Both the position numbers and the translations under genes were made by a program. DNA of 20,000 nucleotides, from IMG/VR virus record IMGVR_UViG_3300013426_000033, one strand, 5' to 3'. Source of the stretch: an uncultured virus (IMG/VR IMGVR_UViG_3300013426_000033). Its lineage: Duplodnaviria; Heunggongvirae; Uroviricota; Caudoviricetes. A model generated the notes under the pieces. It made no database searches and was not told the DNA's origin. It saw only the letters and a program-made list of their open reading frames with translations. Positions 1-8,477 of the stretch are shown here, piece by piece; position 1 is the stretch's first letter, and every line of letters begins with the position of its first letter.

Positions 1-1010
1 TTTATCTTTACTTCTGCAACATTACATTGCAGTCCAGCATAACTTTTCACGCTTAATGTCGATGCGTGGCGCGGCCTCGTGGTAGGATTATATCTTTTCA
101 CCTACTATGCGTTGCCCCTGACTATATTTAATATAGCCTTCGGTTCTGATTGCCTTTGTATACGGTTTTCCAGCTTAATTCCGCGCTAATAATATTAAAT
201 CTTCAATCGACTTGATTTAATACGGCATTTCTAATTTGAACAAATTTTTCATATTTACGGTCTAAAAATATATTACTGTTTAAATAAATAGAAGATAAAT
301 TAGAATAACATTTCCAACTACACCATTCAATGCTATACGCATTACTTCTTTTATCTTTGCGCATTTTAGCATCAAACCAATCCATTTTAGAAATTAATTC
401 TGTTAAAAATTCTGGAGAGCCAGATGTTAAACTCATCCTGCCAGTTAAACAATGTTTATTTTGTGTAATTCCTATATATCCGTCCCCATCAAAATATCCT
501 CTAACAAAATCTCTAAGAAAATCATTAGGAACCTATTCTTCTGTGGGGAATTGTAATTGCAAACTTTTATTAGGACAACAGCCTAATTTAATTAAATCAT
601 TATGCATCTTTTTTCTACTAATAGCAAAAGATACTTCATTATACCCATTTACAATTTTATCGCTTACTTTTGCCGGAGAATTCAAAAACTTCTTAAACTT
701 AACCAAATGATTAATATCTCTTTGCTGTAATACAATGCTTATATGATTATTTTCTCCTTTCCGAATATATCCATCGGCATAAAGAAAACCTAACCAATAA
801 GCTTTTTCTTCCGTATCAATTAAAGAAAAAATATTGTCATTAGTTCCATTATCATTCTATCTATTTATTACAATATATCCTTGGCTTTTTATATACTCTC
901 CCAAATGACCTCGACTACATTGTAATTTTTTAGAAATCTAAGTCAAACTTAAATCTCCTTGTAAATATAATTTTAAATCCTCTTCGTATTTTTCGTTCAT
1001 TTTAGATTTT
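1..1010 (-). mobile_element. Group I intron in the DnaB-like helicase gene (3' splice site just beyond the left edge of the window)
   Basis: The helicase frame breaks right after Walker A ...GTGVG (GGT at 1013-1011), with TAA at 1004-1002. Minus-strand core: P2 TATTAAATC/GATTTAATA, P3 GCGCGG(186-181)/CCGCGC(74-69), P-like GCGGAATTAAGCTGGAA, Q-like AATCAGAACCGAAG, R-like GGGGCAACGCATAG, P7 GCATA(110-106)/TATGC(41-37), P8 CACGC/GCGTG, P9 CTGCAA/TTGCAG. The core is clearly similar to the intron at 3399-3699. The 5' splice site is inferred by analogy because the 3' exon is outside the window. Confidence 0.88.
203..1000 (-). CDS. Intron-encoded double-motif LAGLIDADG homing endonuclease, 265 aa (3 TAG read as Gln)
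   Basis: ATG at 1000 to TGA at 205-203, open except for 3 TAG. Motifs KAYWLGFLYADG and FVRGYFDGDG, C-terminal FLDRKYEKF, HTH-like N-terminus. The ORF track shows only the last 77 aa. Confidence 0.92.
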
Positions 1011-1694
1011 ACCAACACCCGTTCCTGCCGAAGAAACTACAAACTTTCTTGGCTGGATACCTTTTGTTATAGTTGTCATATAATTGCTTGCATAAGACAG
1101 ACCATAAGCAGGAGTTTTCTTCCATTCTTCTTTTTGCTTTTTAGCTTCATCGCTACCAGCTTTAACACTATCTCGCCCAACTTTAGGACTATATTCTTGC
1201 GTGATATTAGATACTTTTTGCCTAAAATGATTAAGAATTTCATCAATAGTCATTTGACTAAATTTATATCTTTGTTCATCAGCAATCTCAGGGTCTTCTT
1301 CGTTAGGGTCAAAAATTTCATCAACTTCAATACCTGATTTAAGATAGGCACGAAGAAGAGAAAACTTTTTCATTTCTTGATAATTAGAGTTAAAATTTTC
1401 TGGTGTGGCTAATTCTTTAGCCTTTTCAACATAAAGATTACCATTATTCCTTGTATAAATATTATACAAAGACTGAAGATTATTTTTTAAATAATCATCA
1501 ATAATATATTGGTCAAGCTTTACCGCGCCTTGTGAGAAAAGATTGTTTATTGCTACAAACAAAAGCTGATGGAAAGCTTCAACAAAATCTTTTTTGTCGA
1601 TTTTATTACTTGTTAATAAAGTTGGATTCTACAGTAAACAGCCAAGAACTTCTTTAATTGCAGATTTGCTTTGATAATCTCTATAATCCGCCAA
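1011..1694 (-). CDS. dnaB: DnaB-like replicative helicase, exon 1 (228 codons; remainder beyond the window)
   Basis: TTG at 1694 after a G-rich SD. N-terminus MADYRDYQSKSAIKEVLGCLL(TAG=Q)NPTLL...DFVEAFHQLLFVAINNL resembles the DnaB N-terminal domain. The exon ends in ...TKGIQPRKFVVSSAGTGVG, the Walker A region of SF4 helicases. Confidence 0.82.
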
Positions 1695-1695
1695 G

Positions 1696-2391
1696 TTACC
1701 CCCCCCATTCTTCAGGATGTTCAGACATTATTTCCTGAATATCTCTTTGTAGTTCTGATAAATACATACCATCTTTTCCTCTTTGCTTTTGAAGTCCTCT
1801 TCTAAAATCATAATCTCCAATAAAGTCAGTGTTAACAAGACCATCATCAACGATATCATCAGCAGAAATTTCTTCTTTATGATTTCGTTTGTCTCGTTTT
1901 TCATCGTCCTCTTCTTGTTTCTTAATAATTTCAGAACGAGCTACATCTATCGCTATAGGCGGTTTTGTTAATATATATTCGATAAATTCAGATTTAGTCA
2001 TCCTCATCTCTTTATACTTTTGCCAAAATTCTCTTGATTCGGCAAAATAACGTATAACCATGAAGATATCTGATTCTGTTTCTATCTTGGGAGCTGGATT
2101 GTCAGCATACTCATACATATAATATAAAGTAAAAAGAATTTGAGAATTAGTCATTCCATATTTTTCTTTGATTCTTTTTATATATGTTGTTATAAGAGGA
2201 GCATTCACCCATTCTCTTATACCAAGAACATCCCAAAGATAATCAGTTAAAGTCTTGTAATCTTTTGCATCTTGTGCTGGCTATTTACCACAAATAGGAC
2301 AATAATTTTTACCATTTACAGTAATAATTTCCTCTGTAGGAAACATCTTACCACAAACGCTACATTTTCTGTTCTTCTTTGGTGGTGCTAT
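1696..2391 (-). CDS. Zn-finger (CxxC...CxxC) hypothetical protein, about 231 aa, possibly a replication accessory factor
   Basis: Reading through TAG at 2283-2281 extends the 1696..2208 ORF to include RKCSVCGKMF...KNYCPICGK. SD GAAAGGAG precedes ATA at 2391 by 8 nt; the alternative in-frame GTG at 2400 overlaps the SD. Ends in TAA 1 nt before the helicase start. Confidence 0.8.
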
Positions 2392-2424
2392 AATCCTCAC
2401 TCCTTTCTTAAAATATTAAAACGG

Positions 2425-2462
2425 AAAATAAAGGGGAATAGTAATCAATTTTACTATTCCCC
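2425..2462 (-). terminator. Rho-independent terminator after the Sak4-like ATPase
   Basis: Perfect 12-bp inverted repeat GGGGAATAGTAA/TTACTATTCCCC (2433-2444, 2451-2462), 6-nt loop, followed on the minus strand by TTTATTTT. Confidence 0.8.
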
Positions 2463-2471
2463 AATAATTAT

Positions 2472-3792
2472 TTATTCTACTGTAATATTATTTTCAGTAC
2501 AGTAATCTTTCAAATCATCGAGAATAAGCAAAAGCATATCCAATTGAGATTCATCGCAATCTTTTACACTCTTACCCTTTCCAAGATATTCTGCAATAAT
2601 CTTCTTATACTCTGTACTACCAGTATTATGAATAGCCTTTACATAACTACCAATTTCAGCAATAAGCTCATCAACGCTCTTCTTTTCATCTTCGGTTACT
2701 TCGTTATCCTTAAAGAGATTAACCTCATTATCAACAACTGTAGCACCGTGAGCCTTTTGTTCATCAATAGCCTTTGCCATGTCATCACGCAATGCTTCAT
2801 AAGTAAATGGAATGCATTCAGACATATAAGGGCTACGAGAACCAGCCTCAAGATGTTTGTTACCTCTCATCGTAAGCATGGAATGAACATTACCTTGTTC
2901 ATCAGTTTCGTAAGAAGCATAACCAGTTACGTCAACAAGACGAGAAACGACAAGGAATCCACGGTCAGGTACAGTAGGAATAGTCTTATCATACTTTTCA
3001 CCGTTTTCCTTAATCTGTTTAGTAGTAGCATGAGAAATACAAATCAAAGTATAACCAGCTTTAACAATCTCTTGGAAAAATTTATCATATTCACGAGACA
3101 AAGCACGATAACCACGCATCTTTTCAGTCTCGTCAAGATAATCTACACCTTCTTTGTCTACGATATACTTTTCACAAAGGTCGTAGGCAATATCAATAGT
3201 ATCGACAATTACCGTTTTAAAGATTGTTTCTCTATTTTCCTTTTCAGCCGCTTCTGCATCTTTAAGCAACTGCTTCTTTACTTCAAGAGCTTCTTTCCAA
3301 GTGTTAATTGGCTGTGCAATAATGCCATCCAAAAAACCATAGCCCTTTTCGAAACCGAGCAAAATAGGCTTTGGGAATTTACAAGCGTTTGTAGTTTTCA
3401 TTGTTATTATCTGTAAGCTTTTTATCTTACACTCTGGAGCTTTCGCTCATTTTCATCAATCTGTCAATTCAGATTCAGTTTGGCGTACTTTTTCAACCTT
3501 ATACGAGATAAGGTGTTGCGGACTCTTGGTAATATTATATTCTTTAATCAAAGGTTCAATTACTACGCTCTGCCCCTGTTTATCATTTTAATAATAAACT
3601 TCGGTTCGAGTTAACATAATTATTACAAATTAAGTCTTCTCGCTTAATTCCGCAATTTCGTCAATTGTCTTACAACAAAGGGTGGCAAAACACTACGCTA
3701 CCACTTTTTCTTTCTCCATAAATGAGAAAACTCTTACCACTAAGGTCACGAGTGACCACATTAGGCTTAATGCTAAAAATATCAATACCCAT
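2472..3792 (-). CDS. P-loop ATPase, Sak4/AAA_24-like phage recombinase, 339 aa; spliced join(3792..3700, 3398..2472)
   Basis: Exon 1 MGIDIFSIKPNVVTRDLSGKSFLIYGERKSG (SD TAAGGAG) joins exon 2 KTTNACKFPKPILLGFEKG to rebuild Walker A GERKSGKT. Walker B TVIVDTID and ICISH motif are present. An SSB gene lies nearby, which is typical of Sak4 systems. Confidence 0.85.
3399..3699 (-). mobile_element. ORF-less group I intron, 301 nt, in Walker A of the ATPase
   Basis: 5' exon ends in U (AGTGGT) and pairs with internal GCCAC through a U.G wobble (P1). GTAGTGTTTT can pair with 3' exon AAAACTAC (P10). P3 TTGCGGA(3655-3649)/TCCGCAA(3522-3516), P7 GCGTA(3568-3564)/TACGC(3487-3483), P8 CCTTAT/ATAAGG. Terminal G at 3399. 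Removal restores the frame and the GKT motif. Confidence 0.93.
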
Positions 3793-4586
3793 TATTTAAA
3801 TGTCTCCTTATTATATTCTTTTAATTTTAAATAACTCTCATATTTTCTTGTTAAACGTATATCATCTGTAGAATCTTTATACAATTTATCTAAATATTCT
3901 TCACATAAAAACCTTCCACTACAACCAAAGTTCCAAGCATTTGCTCTTTTAACTTTAGTGACTTTAGATTCAGATTTTCCATTACTTAAATAAAATTGAA
4001 TTTGTTTTAAAAAAGCTTCTTATCCAACAAAATCTATCCTGTAATGATGTTCTGATACAACAAAAGAAATACTTCCGTCTCCATCAAAATATCCGCGAAT
4101 AAAGTGAAAAATATAATTTTCTCCTATGTTTGGAATACGGTCAATTTTTAAAGACTTCTAAGGAACACAACCCCATTTTCTTAAGTCTTCTACCATTTGT
4201 TCACTTTTCACTTGAAAACAATAAGTTGTACAAACAGGAGTGAATCTTTTATCTTCTCTTACCCTAATTGAATATCCCTCTGTAGATATTGCCGTTTTAA
4301 ATTTTTTTACATGGTCTAAATCTTTTAATTCTAAGCAAACTTTGTTGGCATGAACACAACCGTCTGCATATAAAAAACCTAACCAATAAGCCTTTGCAAA
4401 ACTATCAATCTAATTAAAATACAGATGATTTACAGAGTATAAATCTGTATAAGTTCTTGTAGAGTAGCCAAAAGATTCTAATGCTTTTTTAATTTCATCC
4501 CTTGTAACTTTTAACTACTCTTGAATTTCTCTTACAGATTTTTTCTCTTTTTTAAATAATTTAACAATTTCTTCTTCCTATCTCAT
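3792..4586 (-). pseudogene. Free-standing double-motif LAGLIDADG endonuclease gene (265 codons, 4 TAG=Gln) with an internal TAA at codon 189
   Basis: ATG at 4586, 3 nt after the SSB stop. Motifs KAYWLGFLYADG and FIRGYFDGDG, C-terminal RLTRKYESY. In-frame TAA at 4022-4020 (GTT GGA TAA GAA GCT), after which the frame continues homologously to TAA 3794-3792, which overlaps the ATPase ATG (TAATG). Absent from the ORF track. Confidence 0.85.
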
Positions 4587-4589
4587 TTG

Positions 4590-5537
4590 TTAGAAAGGAA
4601 TGTCCGAGTCATCATCAATAACAGGAGACATCTTTCCAGAACCCTTCTTACCAAAGCCTGTAGGTGCAGAAGAATTACTACTACCCTTAGAACCCTGATA
4701 TCCAGCTTCCTCAAGTTCCTTTAAACGACTTGCTCTCTCATTGAGCATAGCTTTACACATCTGAGGAGTGATAATCATATCTTCCTGCTCATCTTCATCA
4801 TAAGCAATATCACCACCAGTAAGAACCATTTCAAGATAGCTCTTACCCTCAGTTACTCTCTGCTGACCAAAACCCTTGGTCTTAGGCTTTGCTTCGCCCT
4901 TTTCATTAGGCTTCCAGCTAACATACATCTTAGCAGTAGCTCCCTTGACATAACCGTTATCTTCAAGAGCATCCACAAAATCCTTTGGGATAATAATGTT
5001 CTTAATATCAAGAGCGTTATGATAAAAATCCATGCTAATAAGATTTAAACGCTTTCTACCAGTAGGCTTCTTATCATCTTCAGGACCACGCTCTTCATCT
5101 GTAATACTCTTAATATATCCTTCAATATCAAGGTCGCAAGCAAACTTTTCAAAATCATTAAAGAATTGCATAGAAGCGACAGTGCCCTCATGAAGCTGTT
5201 CATCAGAACCTACATAATCATTTGCACTAAGAGAACCAACAAGTCTTACCATAGTAGCATTTTCCTTGTCTTTGGTCATAGGAACTGCTTTCTTAACCCA
5301 GTCAAGAACCTTTTCATAGTTCTCACTATCTGTACCATCGGCCTTCTTAGCCTTAATGAAAGAAGTGAAAGAACGAGTCATTACACTGTCTTCGCCACAC
5401 TGAATTTGTCCACGAATACGAATGTAATCAACACCATTCTTATCTACGCCCTACTTGGACTCAATATCAGCGAGATAACCCGCAAGAGTCACACTATTTG
5501 TCAATCTACGAATCTGGTCAGTATTTTTTGTAGCCAT
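4590..5537 (-). CDS. ssb: Single-stranded DNA-binding protein, 315 aa (probably tandem OB folds)
   Basis: SD AAAGGAG, ATG at 5537, N-terminal NSVTLAGYL, one TAG at 5453-5451 (codon 29). Gly/Ser-rich linker and acidic C-terminal tail DDDSDIPF characteristic of SSB. Confidence 0.85.
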
Positions 5538-5572
5538 TATTTTTGTACTCCTTTAATTTTGTCTTTTAATTT

Positions 5573-5752
5573 TTAGTCTTCGTTTTCATTGTCATTATCG
5601 TCATCGTCAATAGACTTGTAATCATTACAAGCATCAAACGTTAAAGTTACACCCAAATCTCTTCGAGCATCTTCAAGGAAAGGCTTAAGCTTTGCATACG
5701 CCGAGCACTTTACCAAAAAACGACAATCTTCACACGCAAGATTATTAACCAT
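5573..5752 (-). CDS. Small Cys-containing protein, 59 aa, acidic tail
   Basis: SD TAGGAG, ATG at 5752, MVNNLACEDCRFLVKCSAYAKLKPFLEDARRDLGVTLTFDACNDYKSIDDDDNDNENED, TAA at 5575-5573. First gene after the promoter. Confidence 0.75.
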   Translation of the reverse strand: MVNNLACEDCRFLVKCSAYAKLKPFLEDARRDLGVTLTFDACNDYKSIDDDDNDNENED

Positions 5753-5803
5753 TGTACTATCTCCTAATTATTCAAAAAATCAACCTACCTTGGTTGTGAA
5801 TAA

Positions 5804-5832
5804 AATATAACACAACTTTGCTATCTTGTCAA
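5804..5832 (-). promoter_or_regulatory. sigma70/sigmaA-type promoter for the replication module
   Basis: TTGACA(5832-5827)-17 nt-TATATT(5809-5804), with an extended -10 TGn and an upstream A/T tract. Confidence 0.8.
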
Positions 5833-5853
5833 GCACTTCTGAAAAAAATTTTT

Positions 5854-6186
5854 TTAATCGGTCAATCCATTGTCATCAGCGCCAAAACGCCTTGTCGTTC
5901 CATGTTTTGCCATAACCCAGCAATTGTTAAAGCTTCCCTTTTTAAGCATTATCTCTACAGAATCTCCTTCTCTTAACTCAAAAGGAGTTTGATTCTAAAT
6001 TCTCGTAAATTCCGTTTCAGGCTCCCGAGGTAAAATTACATCTACTGTACCATCACTATTTACATTAGTCACTGTGGCACTTTCAATTCTCGGCGAGGTT
6101 CTTTTTATTTCTGCCGTGACACACTAAAGTATTCTATTTAGCATTTCATCAGCATATTGGTCATAATTATTATTTTTATCTATCAT
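5854..6186 (-). CDS. Hypothetical 110-aa protein at the end of the tail module (possible OB-fold baseplate/spike-type protein)
   Basis: ATG at 6186, 3 nt after the upstream TGA. Open with 2 TAG to TAA 5856-5854. Contains ESATVTNVNSDGTVDVILP...FELREGDSVEIML. Not in the ORF track. Confidence 0.75.
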
Positions 6187-6189
6187 ATG

Positions 6190-7431
6190 TCACCATCTTA
6201 TTTTCTCTCCTTGACTTTCTTTGTCTGAAGTATTAGAGGGTAAGTCAGAAGTATTGCAACAACTTAATGATATTTTACCATCTTTACTATTGTAAGAAAT
6301 AGAAGTAATTAACAACTTTTCTCTTTGTAAAGACAAAAATTCATCTTCAACTTCGCATAAATTATTTACTGTTAATATTGGATTAAAGCTAACTGAAACA
6401 GAAAATTGAACTCCAACAAAACTTGATTTTCTTAAATAATAATTTGCTAAATCTAAAGCTAAATCATCACTCCACACCTAAGAAGATGTATAGGGAGCAT
6501 CCATGCGCCTTCCAATACGCTCTACGCAAATAGGAGAAGAGGGGTTGTTATTTGTAACCGTAGCGGTATAAATAGTAGAATCCACACTATCCCCTACCAC
6601 CTTTACACAATTAATAATTTGTTCATTTTGATATTGTAAATCCATATTATGCAAATCTCTGCTAAATTTTGGATAAGTCCAAATAATAGGTTTGACCGAG
6701 TCATCAACTGTTTCATTAATTGGATAGAAACATAAATTCCCCACTGTATTGTAATAATATTCGGCAGACAACTGCGTTGCCAAAGCATCTAAAATTGAGC
6801 CCAATGTTTCTCCCTGTTCGGCTCTAATGGTCTGTTGTGTTTTCAAACCAATAAAACTGGGGTCAAAAATAGGCTCTTTATAATCCAAAATATAGCCATT
6901 GCCTAAAGAGAAATTTAAAACCCCTTTTACAGCATCAATAATATTGCTCCCCAATTCTACTTCATATGCAGTTTCAAGAGTACCAGTTTTACCTTCAAAA
7001 ACAGCGTACTTGTCTGACAGTTGTAATTGAATTGTTTTACTGGAATTTTCTCTGGTTAAGCTAACATCTCCTAAAATATATATGCCCTTAGGAAACCAAA
7101 TAATAGTATCTTGATATTTAATTCCAACATCAAAACTAAATCTTGTATTTACCCAAATGCCATCAATATTAGGAGTGTATCTTCCATCTTCATTGGCTAA
7201 CGTAACGGTAATACTTCTTCTCTATCCATTCTAATAAGATTCAGTATAATTTAATCCGTCTAAAGTAATATCTCCTTCTGGAATAATGTATGATACCTAT
7301 TCATCAGGAGTGAGTACAGACAAACGATAACAAGGTTGTATAACAGGACGCTCCAAAATCTTTTTTAAAGTATTGAAAGGAATAGCATTTTCATCTCTTA
7401 ACAACACATCTCCAAAAATATTATCAGCCAT
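6190..7431 (-). CDS. Tail/baseplate hub-like structural protein, 413 aa
   Basis: SD AAGGAGG, ATG at 7431. Four TAG read through, joining track ORFs 6478..6954 and 6190..6477 in frame. Ends in TGA. Segments such as YYYNTVGNLCF, INCVKVVG and NPILTVNNLCEV, plus position downstream of the tape measure gene, suggest a hub/Tal-type protein. Confidence 0.72.
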
Positions 7432-7440
7432 GTTTCCTCC

Positions 7441-8460
7441 TTATCTAGCACTGGAAACAATAGATATGGAATTTACGTCTAAAGCTTCTTGCCAAGAAAA
7501 GGTAATTGTAGTCTACATAAGATTGGACTGCAAATTCATGTTATAAGTGGGAGAAGAGGTTATTTGTACAACCCAAGAATTTCCTTTATAATCCTTTAAC
7601 AATTTTAAATTACCGTTATTTATAAAAGTGCGCCAAGCGTCATATTTTTCTACTTCACGAGAATACATGTCATCTTTATTAATACGTTCTGTATATCCAT
7701 CGGCGGTTTTTATCTTTAATATTGTTAGAGTTGAACCATTTTCGGTTGCAGTTACAGGCTCTGTTTCTTTATATTCAGTAATATCTCCTAACAAACAGGT
7801 AACAGAAGAACTCATATAATCTTTTGTGCCAATTGAATATTTAGGGAATTGACCCAAAGTATCCCAAGTTGTCACACTATTATTTTGAGTCAACTCTCCA
7901 TTATCCATATTATAACGTAATTTCCAAATATCGCCTGTTTTAACATAAAGCCGCTCTGTTTCTGTTTCTTCTATATCACAAATTGTCCAAAAATCCCATT
8001 TTGTAGCAATATAAGCTGGCGAAGAAGTGCCGTCCGCATTGGCAATATTATCTTCATACATTTTATAAGAACCGCTACTTTGACGATATGCAACTAAATA
8101 ATGATAAAAAGCATTAGCTTTTATGTTGTAATCTAACATACTATAATTACCATACATATCACAAATATATGTATAAAAAGTGTCTTCTGGTGCTTTTTTA
8201 TATACAGAAAGAGCGCCATTAGAGCCAAGTAAACTTTGGAAATAATAAGCCAAAATTGAAGTACCCGTACCCTAATCCTTCAAGTTAAATTTGTTATATA
8301 AAATTAAATCGGAGGACAAAGGCGAAGAATAAGGATTAGCTTTTAATTTAGCAGTAACTTCTTTACGAATAGTATCAGGAGATTTTGTAATATCAGTATC
8401 AACACCAACATCACGAATTTCTAACCGTGGTGCATAATAAATATAGCTATTAATATTCAT
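7441..8460 (-). CDS. Putative minor tail (distal-tail-like) structural protein, 339 aa
   Basis: SD GAAAGGAGG, ATG at 8460. TAG at 8274-8272 and 7515-7513 read through to TAA 7443-7441. Function inferred from synteny only. Confidence 0.72.
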
Positions 8461-8477
8461 TAATTATCCTCCTTTCT

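Noticed and set aside
203..1010. Intein interpretation of the LAGLIDADG in the helicase
   Set aside because: An in-frame TAA follows Walker A, the endonuclease is in another frame with its own ATG and TGA, no intein splicing motifs are visible, and a group I RNA core follows.
3399..3401. ATG at 3401 as the start of the ATPase
   Set aside because: It would begin at the Walker A Lys and lack GxxxxG. Its G is the intron terminal G, and an SD-preceded exon 1 exists at 3792-3700.
2544..3416. 290-aa plus-strand ORF
   Set aside because: Antisense shadow of the ATPase exon 2, with Phe/Ile/Ser-rich non-protein-like composition and no obvious SD.
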